The notes beneath the pieces were generated by a model that searched no databases, was not told the DNA's origin, and saw nothing but the letters and a program-made list of their open reading frames with translations. The translations under genes were made by a program, and so were the position numbers. From Nitrososphaeria archaeon (lineage in GTDB: Archaea > Thermoproteota > Nitrososphaeria > JACIWG01): 64,000 nt of DNA. The stretch is from positions 96,001-160,000 of the forward strand of contig JBEKIG010000004.1 in assembly GCA_050011875.1 (NCBI GenBank), read 5' to 3'. This document shows positions 1 to 10,451 of the stretch, piece by piece (the first letter of the stretch is position 1; every line of letters begins with the position of its first letter).

Positions 1-1105
1 CTTTCCTTCTCACTATTTTTAAGTAAGCGAACGATAACAATAAAAATAATAAGGAAAGACCTATTAGAAGTTGTGAAACTATCGAGAATGGGTTCTTGTT
101 AGGACCTATAAGGATTTGAGAAAGCTCGATTAACGGGAAGTATAATAGCACCAACATCACAATACCTACAGTGTATCTGAAGGCCCTGTAGAGACTTTCC
201 CTAATGAAGGTGTAGAGAATGTTTCCGGCATAGTATATGCCAACTCCTATCCAAACGAATAGGAGAGAATTCTCTATCATTATGCCAGACAAGAATGAGA
301 GGTAATCAAGTAGCTTTGAAGGATCACCGGCAACGATCTTGAACTCTTCAGTAACACTGAGTCCTACGAAACCTCTATAAAAACCTACTACACACAACAG
401 AATCATACTAAGTACAGAAAAGACCCTGATGTAGCTTGATGGATTAAGCTTTCTAACGTTTCCGAGAAGCGTGTCAACTCCGAAGCCTCTGATTATTAGA
501 AGGACGCCAAGAAAGAAAAGTGCACCTATCACCGCTTGGTTCACAAACCCCATTAGAACGAGGCCCGCAAACATCAGCAAGAAGAGCCCTGGGAAACCAA
601 GAAAATACTTTGAATATCGGGGGTCAAACACAACCATCTTAAGATATTTGCCTAGTACCGCGTAAGATTCTTCGACTCTTCCACTGTGTTTTATAATTAC
701 TCTTCTGATAGAAAAAATCGGTATAATAGTTTGAAGTATAGGAATGAGGGTTTCATCCTCGAAACCATCACTTACGAAGATTATGCCTTCTGCCGGAAAT
801 CTTTCTCTTACCTGCATAAGCTCTTGTCGGATTTTTGTATCAGATTCAACTCCTCCTCCAAAGGTGCCGGTGATAACCGAAACCTCCACATCATGACCTT
901 GGAGCTTGAGCATATCATGTTCTTTTATCGCGGCGAAGATCGCGTTCGCGTCAGCTTCTTCGGGATCAGACAGCGCAAGTGCTTCAGCAGCATTGAGACA
1001 TGCAGCCCTCCCGATGAGAGGGGAGGCGATCTGGGTTTTCTCGTACAGATCGTTGTCCCTATCAACGCATAATACAAGAAGCTTTGCTTGCGCTGCGCTA
1101 ATCAT
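1..1105 (-). CDS. DUF373 family archaeal membrane protein (runs off the left edge)
   Basis: Manual translation from ATG at 1105: LLVLCVDRDNDL...DPEEADANAIFAA...FVSDGFEDE...DPRYSKYFLGFPG, then TM helices; no stop before the window start, so absent from the ORF track. Confidence 0.85.
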   Translation of the reverse strand, partial: MISAAQAKLLVLCVDRDNDLYEKTQIASPLIGRAACLNAAEALALSDPEEADANAIFAAIKEHDMLKLQGHDVEVSVITGTFGGGVESDTKIRQELMQVRERFPAEGIIFVSDGFEDETLIPILQTIIPIFSIRRVIIKHSGRVEESYAVLGKYLKMVVFDPRYSKYFLGFPGLFLLMFAGLVLMGFVNQAVIGALFFLGVLLIIRGFGVDTLLGNVRKLNPSSYIRVFSVLSMILLCVVGFYRGFVGLSVTEEFKIVAGDPSKLLDYLSFLSGIMIENSLLFVWIGVGIYYAGNILYTFIRESLYRAFRYTVGIVMLVLLYFPLIELSQILIGPNKNPFSIVSQLLIGLSLLFLLLSFAYLKIVRRK

Positions 1106-1192
1106 CTAATACACATAGAATATGATAAATTAAAAACTTTGCATTTTCTATTAAAACATTATGTGCAGACCAACTGACTGCTTTTGGCTACA

Positions 1193-1738
1193 CTAATATT
1201 CGATACCCTTTCGGGATTTAACACCCTGGTAAAACGGATGTCGAATAGCGTTAATGAATACGACATATTCTGCAGCGTCATATAATTCCTTTGGCGCATT
1301 TCTTCCAGTCAAAACCAGTTCAATATTTTTTGGTTTTGATCCTACAAGTTCAAGGACCTCCTCTTTTTTTAATAATCCGAATTCGATCGCGACGTTGACT
1401 TCATCTAAAATTAAAAGATCAACATCTCCTGATGATATAACTTCCTTTGCGAACTTTAATCCCTTCTCTGCAACAAGTCTGTCCTTGGACGAATACTTTC
1501 CCTTCTTAAGAAAGGGACCTGTACCAAATTGTTTAACCGTCACATTCTTGCACCTTTTAAGGAAGAACAATTCACCATATCTTTCTCCTGTTCGATCGCT
1601 TTTCATAAACTGTACTAGGCAAACTCTTAATCCGTTACCAAGAGCTCTAACTGCGAGACCTATCGCAGAAGTAGTTTTACCGGGCCCGTCTCCGGTTACT
1701 AGGTGAACATAGCCCTTTCTTAATCGGCGTCTCTTCAT
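1193..1738 (-). CDS. cobO: Cob(I)alamin adenosyltransferase CobO/BtuR family
   Basis: TGDGPGKTTSAIGLAVRA, VQFMK, LILDE, LVLTGR, HPF...GIEY motifs. Confidence 0.9.
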   Translation of the reverse strand: MKRRRLRKGYVHLVTGDGPGKTTSAIGLAVRALGNGLRVCLVQFMKSDRTGERYGELFFLKRCKNVTVKQFGTGPFLKKGKYSSKDRLVAEKGLKFAKEVISSGDVDLLILDEVNVAIEFGLLKKEEVLELVGSKPKNIELVLTGRNAPKELYDAAEYVVFINAIRHPFYQGVKSRKGIEY

Positions 1739-1796
1739 TGTATTAGGAGATGCTACAGATTAGAATATTAATCTTTGGCCGTTTAAGTAAAAACTA

Positions 1797-2681
1797 CTAC
1801 TCCTCTTCGCCGTACAACAGTTGAAGCTCTTGAAAGGTTAGTCCTTCTCCCTTTTCAAATTTCTTTTTCAACTCCTCCCTAATTATAGCTTTTCTCCTTT
1901 CAAGACCCCTTTGATAATGATTACTCTCCTTTTCTCTTATCTTGCTAATCACAATCTTCTTTTGAGATAGCAGATTGTTTATTTCTGATTGGGCACTTTC
2001 GATTTCGGTCTGGAGAGTTGTAATCTTCTCGAATGACGTGTTCTGCTCTTTTACCGAAGAGTTCAGTGTTTCTCTGGCTTGCTTAATTTCTTCCTTAAGA
2101 TTTTCCAGCTTAGCCCTAGTCAAATCTAGTTCTTCGTTTATGTCATCTATCTGCTCACTCTTCTCCTCTATAGCCTTTTTCAGGTTCCTTATTCCTTCGT
2201 CTTTTTCAAAAACTTTCTTCTTGCCAGCAAGCTCCCTTCTCACTTTGTTTGCCTCATCCACGTACTTAAGCTCAAGACCCTTAGCTTTAGGCTCTGTCTG
2301 CAACTTCCATTCTATGCTTCCTAATTTTTTCTCCAATCCGTTTATCTCCTCAAGGCTAGGTCTTCTAGTTGTACCCTTTAGTGGTGTGAGTTTCTTGTTC
2401 AAGGATGAACGTCCTTCCGTGTTTTCTAAAATTAATTTCCGTTTCAATTCGATGAGCTCATTGAAGCGTTTGTCTAGGGTTTCTCTAGTTGAATAAAGGT
2501 CGTTTATTTTCTTCTTCTGCGCCCAAATCGTGCTTCTAAGAGACTCAACCTTATTTCTCATGGTATTAAACTCGTTAATAAGATCCCTTTTCTTATTGAA
2601 GAGGACTTGAATGTTCTCGCTTAATTCGACAATTTCTGTTGCAGGCTCCAATTTACTCGTTCGCCTAGACCAACCCAACAT
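1797..2681 (-). CDS. Archaeal coiled-coil protein
   Basis: Long heptad-rich K/E sequence with EWKLQT and C-terminal KGEGLTFQELQLL; true start probably 2681 or TTG 2651, not 2858 which overlaps the GTPase. Confidence 0.7.
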   Translation of the reverse strand: MLGWSRRTSKLEPATEIVELSENIQVLFNKKRDLINEFNTMRNKVESLRSTIWAQKKKINDLYSTRETLDKRFNELIELKRKLILENTEGRSSLNKKLTPLKGTTRRPSLEEINGLEKKLGSIEWKLQTEPKAKGLELKYVDEANKVRRELAGKKKVFEKDEGIRNLKKAIEEKSEQIDDINEELDLTRAKLENLKEEIKQARETLNSSVKEQNTSFEKITTLQTEIESAQSEINNLLSQKKIVISKIREKESNHYQRGLERRKAIIREELKKKFEKGEGLTFQELQLLYGEEE

Positions 2682-2785
2682 ACATAAATAAATCATTTGT
2701 TTTTTAGGGACGTTCAGGTTGCAGATTGCTCTTGATATGAGCTGTTTTTGCAAAAAGGGTAAAACATACTTTCCTATGGTCAAAG

Positions 2786-3544
2786 TTATTCGATAAACTC
2801 TTCTCCACCTCTCAAAATGTTGGATATAGCTGATGCAAGATTGAGCATCCCGTTCCATGTTACTGATGATATAGGGATTGGAGCAGGAATAAGAGATAGT
2901 TTTGAAAAAGCCTTGAGTATTTCGTTCCCTATCAGATATCTTTCGCTGTTTTTTTCATTGGACATGTCTTCTTCTAGCAATTTACTGTTGGCGCACCAGC
3001 CCATTATTTTTCTTGTTAGAATCTTACTCAAATCCGTTTTTGTCAGAACAGAGAGTTGGGGGAGGTTAAGTCTAAGCTTCAACGAGTTATACAAAAGAGC
3101 CGTGGAAAGAAAGTTAAACGGGGATGAAGCGATAGTAAAGTCGAATAGGAACAGCACAACCTTGTTTTCTCCACCTAAGTTGTTCACAACGTACGGCCCA
3201 CTTTCTCGGAAAGCGAAGAGTTCAAGTTGGCCAGGTGTGTCAACTACAATGTAGTCAGCTTTCTGCTCCTCCAGCTCTTCTTTTATATTATTCAGACTTA
3301 CAGCTATCATGTCTGAGGCTGCAACAAGGGCACCATTTGGCCCAAGCCCGTATTCTTCCATAACTTTCTGGACACTAATATAGTCTCTGATGTCGACATC
3401 CGGTTCATAAGGCAACTTTAATACGCCTGGATCTAGGTTTAAGGTTATGACGTCTGCTTCACGTTCCTGATACCATTTCTTTAACACCGAAGTCAAAGTA
3501 GATTTTCCAGAGCCAGCTGTCCCAGTCAAGAATATTAGGTACAT
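2786..3544 (-). CDS. GPN-loop GTPase
   Basis: GTAGSGKST, NLDPG, LGPNGA, DTPGQLELF, TKTD. Confidence 0.92.
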   Translation of the reverse strand: MYLIFLTGTAGSGKSTLTSVLKKWYQEREADVITLNLDPGVLKLPYEPDVDIRDYISVQKVMEEYGLGPNGALVAASDMIAVSLNNIKEELEEQKADYIVVDTPGQLELFAFRESGPYVVNNLGGENKVVLFLFDFTIASSPFNFLSTALLYNSLKLRLNLPQLSVLTKTDLSKILTRKIMGWCANSKLLEEDMSNEKNSERYLIGNEILKAFSKLSLIPAPIPISSVTWNGMLNLASAISNILRGGEEFIE

Positions 3545-3613
3545 CTAACTATATGGTACAAATTGTTTGTTATTAATTCTTAGGGTCATCGCCTTCTAAA
3601 ATCTTAAGACAAC

Positions 3614-4381
3614 TTATGATCTAATATATTGTTGAAAGCGGTCAGATATTATCTTCGCTGCTTCTTTAACGTGGTCAACCGCCTTATCCGATAAAACGTC
3701 ATAGACATAAATGTGTAGAATAATATAATATTTCCCCCCTCGCAGCCTAGGATGGGATTTTACGTAGATGTCCTTATACTTTGAAGCTATTTCTTTGATG
3801 CTTTGCGCAAGTCCAGATTCCCCTATACCATCCATAATGATCTTCTTTTGATAATATCTTCCAAGATTTGGCAGAACTTTTGGGACGTAGTTTTTTATCA
3901 TACCTTTCATTTCTATTGGTACACCCGGCATCACAAATATTCTCAAGCCGTCACTGATGATATCAGAACCCGGTGCCGCTCCTTTCTCGTTCGGTATTAT
4001 AATGCAACCCTTAGGTAGAACCGCCATTTTCCTTGAAGCTTCATTGAATAAATGTCCCCTTGCCGCTGCCCTAGCTTTGAGTTTCAGAACTATTTCTTCA
4101 TCGACGTAGAGTTCGAGGTTCAGGGCTTTAGCTACGCTCTCAATAGTGATATCGTCGTATGTAGGTCCTAGGCCCCCGGTTGTAAACAAGTAGTTTACAT
4201 TCTCCCTTTTAGCTTCTAAGATTACATCCGCGATTGCTTTACAATCATCCCTTACACATATTATCCGATCTACAAAATATCCTTTCCTTCTCAGGAACTT
4301 CGCTATGTACGACGCGTTAGTGTTCACGACGTCTCCAATTAACAGTTCATTTCCTATGCCGATTATTCTACAAACACTCAT
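3614..4381 (-). CDS. CinA-like molybdopterin-binding-domain protein
   Basis: GNELLIGDVVNTN, TGGLGPTYDDIT, GAAPG, MPGVPIEM. Confidence 0.88.
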   Translation of the reverse strand: MSVCRIIGIGNELLIGDVVNTNASYIAKFLRRKGYFVDRIICVRDDCKAIADVILEAKRENVNYLFTTGGLGPTYDDITIESVAKALNLELYVDEEIVLKLKARAAARGHLFNEASRKMAVLPKGCIIIPNEKGAAPGSDIISDGLRIFVMPGVPIEMKGMIKNYVPKVLPNLGRYYQKKIIMDGIGESGLAQSIKEIASKYKDIYVKSHPRLRGGKYYIILHIYVYDVLSDKAVDHVKEAAKIISDRFQQYIRS

Positions 4382-4405
4382 TTCTTTTATCCCTTCTACA
4401 CGAAA

Positions 4406-4606
4406 TTATTTCTTTGAGAGCCACCAACTCAAGACTTCATTTTGTCGTCTTTTCTTCTTATCTTTATCAGAATCTTCACGTGCTTTGTCCCGTAGATCTT
4501 GGAGTTGCTCCTTTGTGGCGTAAAGACCACACGATTTACAAAGATACTTCTTCGTCGAGACTTCATAAGTTAATATTGCCCCGCATTCAGGGCATCTTTC
4601 AACCAA
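4406..4606 (-). CDS. Small zinc-ribbon protein
   Basis: CPECG...CKSCG; TTG start at 4606 with SD-like AGGTGG. Confidence 0.75.
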   Translation of the reverse strand: MVERCPECGAILTYEVSTKKYLCKSCGLYATKEQLQDLRDKAREDSDKDKKKRRQNEVLSWWLSKK

Positions 4607-4699
4607 ATCCCACCTACACCAAATAAACCTCAATCCAACCTGTTAAAAAAGGTTGATTATTTTTATATAACCTAAACATAAAAAATTTCAGAAGCATCT

Positions 4700-5815
4700 A
4701 TGGAAATCTTCAGGCCAGACTCGAAGACCGTCTGGAACGATAAGGATGTAGAGCATAGGCTTTCTTGGTACCGTAAAGTGATGACCGGAGAGTCGCCTCC
4801 AAAGTTCCTTTTATGTAAGATGATTTCCGCAGAAAATCCGGAAGGTCTCAAAGAAGAAGAACTCTGGGCCATTCATGAAAGGTTACAAAATGATTTCCAG
4901 AAAATATTTGAAGATGTTATCGACGGAAAGGAGAAGTTATCAAGTCTTAAGATTGTTAAACCTAACTATCTGGATGTTAAGGGTTCTCTAGCAGAAAAGA
5001 TGACTGAAAAGTGCACTTTTTGTGAAAAGGCTTGCGGGGTCAACAGGAAAAAGGGTGAAAAAGGATCATGCAGAGTAGGATTTAGAACCAAGGTTTCAAC
5101 TTGGTTCAATCATTTTGGCGAAGAAGCGCCATTGATTGGCGAAGGCGGATCCGGCACTATATTCTTTTCTGGATGCAACTTTGGTCCATGTGTTTACTGC
5201 CAGAACTGGGATATCTCCGTTGACCCTGAAAATGGAGTCGACGTTTCACACGAGACCCTAGCGCTGGTCTCTAGGAAGCTGGCAATGGACGGCGCCGCAA
5301 ATGTAAACTACGTCGGCGGTGAACCAACTCCCAACCTACACACCATCCTTCTCTCACTGCGATATTTGGATGTGAATATAGCGCAGCTATGGAACAGCAA
5401 CATGTACTGCTCCATCAGCACAATGAAGCTCCTATCCGACGTCATTGATATATGGCTTCCAGACTTTAAGTACGGCAACGACGCGTGTGCAGAGAAGCTT
5501 TCAAAGGTTAACCGATATTTTGAAGTTGTCTCAAGAAATCACAAAATCGCCCACGATAGCGGAAGCATCCTGATAAGACATCTTGTTCTACCAGGACATG
5601 TCGACTGCTGTACAAAACCAATTTTGGATTGGATATCTAGGAACCTTCCTAACGCATTAGTGAATATAATGGGACAATATCACCCAGACTACCTCGTATC
5701 GGATAATCCGAACAAGTATAAGTCCATCTCTCTGAAAGTATCTGACGAAGAGATGGATCAGGCTTATGCCTATGCTGAAAATCTTAATTTAGTTTATAAA
5801 CCGGTTTCAGGGTAA
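4700..5815 (+). CDS. PflX-like radical SAM protein
   Basis: CTFCEKACGVNR, GSGTIFFSGCNFGPCVYCQNWDIS, GGEPTP, PDFKYGN, RHLVLPGH. Confidence 0.88.
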   Translation: MEIFRPDSKTVWNDKDVEHRLSWYRKVMTGESPPKFLLCKMISAENPEGLKEEELWAIHERLQNDFQKIFEDVIDGKEKLSSLKIVKPNYLDVKGSLAEKMTEKCTFCEKACGVNRKKGEKGSCRVGFRTKVSTWFNHFGEEAPLIGEGGSGTIFFSGCNFGPCVYCQNWDISVDPENGVDVSHETLALVSRKLAMDGAANVNYVGGEPTPNLHTILLSLRYLDVNIAQLWNSNMYCSISTMKLLSDVIDIWLPDFKYGNDACAEKLSKVNRYFEVVSRNHKIAHDSGSILIRHLVLPGHVDCCTKPILDWISRNLPNALVNIMGQYHPDYLVSDNPNKYKSISLKVSDEEMDQAYAYAENLNLVYKPVSG

Positions 5816-5944
5816 ATATTTTTTTATGACGGGTGATCATCCAGATTCAAAGAACATCAACATAATCAGATATCAATTTATTGGGATTATGTTATAAACA
5901 CAACCAAGGCATCTTAATAGATTTGATAAATAATTGTGTTCACA

Positions 5945-7522
5945 TTATTCTATTTTACATTCATTATTTGCCAGTAGCGCCCAGCTGAACTTTTCTCTTA
6001 GACTTTTAGAGTAGATACGCTCTATAGGTACTTTATTTTTTTTAGCGTATTCGGTAACCAGTCTCGGATCTATATAGGATGTCAGAGATGTGCTTAGATT
6101 CCATTCCGAAGCATCCTTATAGAGTTGATATTCCAACGAAGTTTTTCGTGCAGACTGCTTAATCTTCTCAATCTTCTTTTCCATCTTCTCTTTTTCTTTT
6201 CCGCCAGCTTTATCCAGTTTAGCTAAGAGACCTATGTATTCGGTCTTTTTTCTCTCCATCTTTTCTTCTTTCTTCTTAAGTTTCTCTTCGAACTTATCCG
6301 GTAGCTTCCTTTTATGGTTCAGTTTCTTGGCTACAGCTAAGTTAACATATCTAAAACGAATCGTACTTTCAAATTCACCTTTATTGAAACTCTGCCGAGT
6401 TCCATCGATAGCATTTTTGAGAGTGATTCCTGCTATCATTGTCCTAAAAGTCTTAGCTGAGACATCTGGGACAACTTCTTGCAGAAATTTCGCGACCTTT
6501 TGGGAGTTCATTCCGTCAAATATCAGACCCTTCCCAGCATTGTTTTTGAATCTTTGAATGTTTTTGACGATCATGTTTGGAAGTACAAGCTCTCTCTGCC
6601 AATGCACATAATCTTTTCCAACAAAGTCAAGTAAAACCCTGTTGCCATCGATCTTTAGGTTGTCAGCCTTTAGAGTTGTGCAGCCGACCGTCCCCATTTC
6701 TCCCGCGATCTTTTCATCACCTACCCTCATACCCGATTCTTTTATCAGGTGAACTACCGTAGCTACTTTCTTCCTATTCTCATCTTTTTGGTTAAAACTA
6801 TCTCTGATATTCCTCTCAACCTCTTTAATCTTAGACTTTAACTCAATAGCCTTATCCCATTTCTTTATCTCCCTTTTCTGTCTGATGCTGCTGCTGGGAG
6901 AGAACCAGACGTACTTCATCTTACTATTTAGAGGATTCCTCCAGCATGCGATCCACATGCAGCTGCTCCTCCAGACGATTTCTTTCCATCCTTTATCTAG
7001 TCCCTCGGGTTTTTCGCTTAAATTCAATGTTATATCCTCTCGCTTTATCTCCTTCTTCCATCTTCCCCTCAAAGGATTTCTTCCCTTAGAAGTGAAGAGG
7101 CCTGGAGGTTCAACTATCCAATTCTGTAAAACAATTCTTTTACCATCCACTATCGCATAGCCAAACTTTTCTTTCAGCGCATCCCTAATCTTTTTCCGTT
7201 CATCCGCTGTTCTTTTCTTTTCTTCCCTTGTCAAAATCTCCTTCCTCTTCTTCTCGCGTTCAAGATAACCTGTTATATCAGTCCAATCGAAATCTTCGAC
7301 CTTACAGGAACCTGCTATTCCCAACTTTTTAGCGAAGTCTTCAAAGAAGTTGGACACAAATAGTTGGTCATTAGCGTAGCTTGTACCAAACTTCTTAGCG
7401 AAGGCAACCGCCATCTGTTCAGCCTCCGAATCCAGCATAATAACCTGCCCTTTGTGCTTTAGTTTCAGTCCGAGTGGGAAGTGCGTTGGGACATATACGC
7501 CATGATGGATTAATTGTTTCAC
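5945..7522 (-). CDS. DNA topoisomerase IB (archaeal, eukaryote-like)
   Basis: IVEPPGLF, MRVGDEK, GTVGC, DFVGKD, AKTFRT, LNHKR, coiled linker, catalytic YIDPR. Confidence 0.93.
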   Translation of the reverse strand: MKQLIHHGVYVPTHFPLGLKLKHKGQVIMLDSEAEQMAVAFAKKFGTSYANDQLFVSNFFEDFAKKLGIAGSCKVEDFDWTDITGYLEREKKRKEILTREEKKRTADERKKIRDALKEKFGYAIVDGKRIVLQNWIVEPPGLFTSKGRNPLRGRWKKEIKREDITLNLSEKPEGLDKGWKEIVWRSSCMWIACWRNPLNSKMKYVWFSPSSSIRQKREIKKWDKAIELKSKIKEVERNIRDSFNQKDENRKKVATVVHLIKESGMRVGDEKIAGEMGTVGCTTLKADNLKIDGNRVLLDFVGKDYVHWQRELVLPNMIVKNIQRFKNNAGKGLIFDGMNSQKVAKFLQEVVPDVSAKTFRTMIAGITLKNAIDGTRQSFNKGEFESTIRFRYVNLAVAKKLNHKRKLPDKFEEKLKKKEEKMERKKTEYIGLLAKLDKAGGKEKEKMEKKIEKIKQSARKTSLEYQLYKDASEWNLSTSLTSYIDPRLVTEYAKKNKVPIERIYSKSLREKFSWALLANNECKIE

Positions 7523-7715
7523 GTCATCAAAGCCATCAGTGAGGACTTTAAAAATCTAACTGATTTTCCAAAAAAGGTAAGAGTAGGTTTCAGTGCTATT
7601 GGATAGTCATTTTTGGGAAATAATTATTTAACAACCACACCATATTTATAAGAAGTATTAGCTGATAGGCCGAAGCTTAGCTGTGCAGAACTTCATTTGC
7701 TCCGCTTTTTATATT

Positions 7716-8780
7716 CTAAAGCATCTTCATTCTTTTATATTCGCTCATACATGGGTTGCCTATTGTGTAGTGGCATTCAGATCTGCTGATGTCGAATATA
7801 GTTGAAGCAAGTGTCTTGGATGCTCCCGAAACGCCTGGCTCTTCGCTTGCGTGTCTACAAATAGAAAAGGGCAGGTCGTAGTGGTCTCTAAAGATGCTTT
7901 TGACATCGTTTACGTCAACTTTATACCCTAATTTTTTGATCAGATAATTTGCTCGAAGCTGCCTAGTCCAAGAGCATGATGAAACATTTCTATTGAGATC
8001 CTTGAATCTGCTGCCTAGAAAATGATTCGTATGAACGATCAGCCCATGCTCATCTGGTTCAATGTATTCAGTGTCCGCAGGTGTAATTTCAACATCCAAC
8101 AATAGGTCCTTTTTAGCCATTAGAAAGTTTATGGAAGACGACCTTTTAGCTTCCTGAATCAATTCAAATGCTTTCGTCAAGTTCTTCGAATTGAGTATGG
8201 ACCAGGATAGAACGGACACCAATGGCACACCGAGTTTGTGACCGTCTTCCTTTGATTTTAAGGCGTTGATGCATAAAGCGACACCTTCCGAATTCAAGCC
8301 TCGGTGGGAGAGAGAACCGGCTTCCACCTGTGTCATAACCTTCGGATTATTGTCTATTTTGAACTCTAAATTGACGATCCCTTTTTCTATCTCTCTGTTA
8401 AGATCCCAATTCTGTGCTATCATCGCTAAACCATCAGACTGTACTCCAATCGATGTGCAAGAGTCCTTCTTCGAAAAAAATAGCTCGTATCTGTAATTAA
8501 TTGTAAGAATGTCTTCAAAAGGCAGTTTAGCGCCATCCGCTATACCATTCATGACTTCGATCGTTTTATCGTTGAAAGACCTGATCTCATCCAATCCCCT
8601 CTTTGACATCTCCCTTAGCTTACCCCAGCTTAGACCATTAACTTCTTGCAAGATTATCTTGAAAGATTCCAGGTTCATTGCAATTCTATCTTTAGCTTTT
8701 TCCCCATATACTAAACCAACCTGATAGGGGCTACCATATGCTTTGATTGTTGGGACATCCTGCACCTTTTCATTTTTCAT
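7716..8780 (-). CDS. C45 family autoproteolytic acyltransferase/peptidase (Ntn hydrolase)
   Basis: SCTS nucleophile site, AQNWD, GLNSEG, HTNHF, GNPC. Confidence 0.85.
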   Translation of the reverse strand: MKNEKVQDVPTIKAYGSPYQVGLVYGEKAKDRIAMNLESFKIILQEVNGLSWGKLREMSKRGLDEIRSFNDKTIEVMNGIADGAKLPFEDILTINYRYELFFSKKDSCTSIGVQSDGLAMIAQNWDLNREIEKGIVNLEFKIDNNPKVMTQVEAGSLSHRGLNSEGVALCINALKSKEDGHKLGVPLVSVLSWSILNSKNLTKAFELIQEAKRSSSINFLMAKKDLLLDVEITPADTEYIEPDEHGLIVHTNHFLGSRFKDLNRNVSSCSWTRQLRANYLIKKLGYKVDVNDVKSIFRDHYDLPFSICRHASEEPGVSGASKTLASTIFDISRSECHYTIGNPCMSEYKRMKML

Positions 8781-9032
8781 TTACATCTGCAACAATCAAC
8801 AACTCTATTAGCGTATATTAGCTTTTTACTCTTTTATTACGTTTAAAAATGCATGTTACTGGTTTAGGTCTAAAATGTTAGGTTCAACTCGATATTCAAT
8901 TTGAGTAATTTGGTTGATCGCGGCCCTAAATCGTGTTCCAAGAAGTTAATCAAGATCTGATCTAACTTTCTTTCATCTTTAAAAGTTTGAGAAAAGCCGC
9001 CAGCAATAAAAAAGCTTTAGATTTTTTAAATG

Positions 9033-9812
9033 CTATATCTCGAACTTATTAATTATCCTGCTCTCTAGCTCCCCAGTTACCTCAGCGACAACGTGTATGT
9101 ACTCTTGGATTCCAGAGTTAACAATCCTAGGCTTTAACAGCTCGTCTATCTGGAACACACCAGCAGAATTGGACATCGTTATTCTTATGGTAACCAGTTT
9201 TTCCTTTCCTTCCTCTATGTTCACCTTCTCGATAGAGAGAGCTGAAACAGAATGTATATCTATGTTTCCCGCTTGAAATGGAATCCTAGCCCTTCCTTTC
9301 TCCATATCCAAGGCATCAGCGATGCACACGATACCCGCCTCGATCGTCAAAGGCTTGTGTGGCTCTTCATGTGATACAATTACATGAAGCACTTCAGAGA
9401 GAATGATCGTGCGCTCTTCTTCTGAGTATATGCTACCCAAGTATTTCTCAACGATTTGAGAAGCTAAAAGCGCACCGTACATCTCATGCAGCTCCCTTGT
9501 CACCGTCATACCTAAGTCATGACAAATCGAACCGAGGACCACTATAACTTCAGAGTCTTCGTTTTTCATACCATAATTTTTAACGGCGCTCGGAATAATC
9601 CCTTTCTTAATCAAGATTCTTAAAATTTTCAAAGCAGAGTTAGCCACAATTTTGACATGTGTGGGACCATGATCAGTGTAACCCATTCTATCTATGGCCA
9701 TTACATTTGAACATTTCCATAAAGTTCTCAAAGTTACATCTTTCCTAACCTCTCTAATTACATGCTCAAGCTTTGAATTTCCCTTGAAGGGTATGTTGAA
9801 GACGTATGACAT
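9033..9812 (-). CDS. HD-domain phosphohydrolase
   Basis: DHGPTH, HDLG, ADALDMEKGRARIP. Confidence 0.88.
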   Translation of the reverse strand: MSYVFNIPFKGNSKLEHVIREVRKDVTLRTLWKCSNVMAIDRMGYTDHGPTHVKIVANSALKILRILIKKGIIPSAVKNYGMKNEDSEVIVVLGSICHDLGMTVTRELHEMYGALLASQIVEKYLGSIYSEEERTIILSEVLHVIVSHEEPHKPLTIEAGIVCIADALDMEKGRARIPFQAGNIDIHSVSALSIEKVNIEEGKEKLVTIRITMSNSAGVFQIDELLKPRIVNSGIQEYIHVVAEVTGELESRIINKFEI

Positions 9813-10028
9813 CTAGCATTACTCTCTGATATAGATCATTTTTGTTCAGACGTCGATATTTAAACAATTTCTTTTTAAAATCCATTTGATTTATCAATTT
9901 TCAAGATTTAAAGCTACAGTAAGCATATTTGTTGCCTTCAGCCAAAAGAGTTGATATTGTTATATCCGCTTTGATGCTTCAACTGTTCTTCAAAGCGGTT
10001 TTTCTGCCCTTATGAAACATAAAGCAGA

Positions 10029-10370
10029 TTACATATTGCTTTTTAGCCCACCACTAAGATCCATAACTTCAACATAGACGTCTTTGGCTTCTTCCTTACT
10101 TTTGACTCCATAAACAACCATACTGCGTGTCTTCGTAAGACTTTTGCGTTTCCCTGCAGGCAGTTCGATTGGAACGATTTCAGAATTAGACACTCGAATA
10201 GAGTAGTGAGCGGAGAGTTCGCCCACTACTTGATTCATATTCAATAGCATAGGAGCATTCCTGTACATACTGAACTCGCATCTACATAGCTCCTGGATTT
10301 GAATTTCTTTATCATTAGATTTTTCTCGGCTGGCGAACACCAAATCTAGCACCCCATCATAATCGAGCAT
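10029..10370 (-). CDS. Hypothetical protein resembling the C-terminal domain of the nearby ThiF/E1 protein
   Basis: ELC...SMVVYGVKSKEEAKDVY aligns by eye with EIC...VMIVEGLENEEKAYDLY of the ThiF ORF. Confidence 0.5.
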   Translation of the reverse strand: MLDYDGVLDLVFASREKSNDKEIQIQELCRCEFSMYRNAPMLLNMNQVVGELSAHYSIRVSNSEIVPIELPAGKRKSLTKTRSMVVYGVKSKEEAKDVYVEVMDLSGGLKSNM

Positions 10371-10451
10371 AGAGAGCTCTATTTACTAAACATATTGACA
10401 TAAAAGAGCACGCAGCCATTTTACAACCTATGTTTCTTACAATTCTATTCT

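Noticed and set aside
471-1109. Plus-strand ORFs of 64-128 aa, and the many similar antisense ORFs across the window
   Set aside because: Shadows of well-supported genes on the opposite strand (here DUF373).
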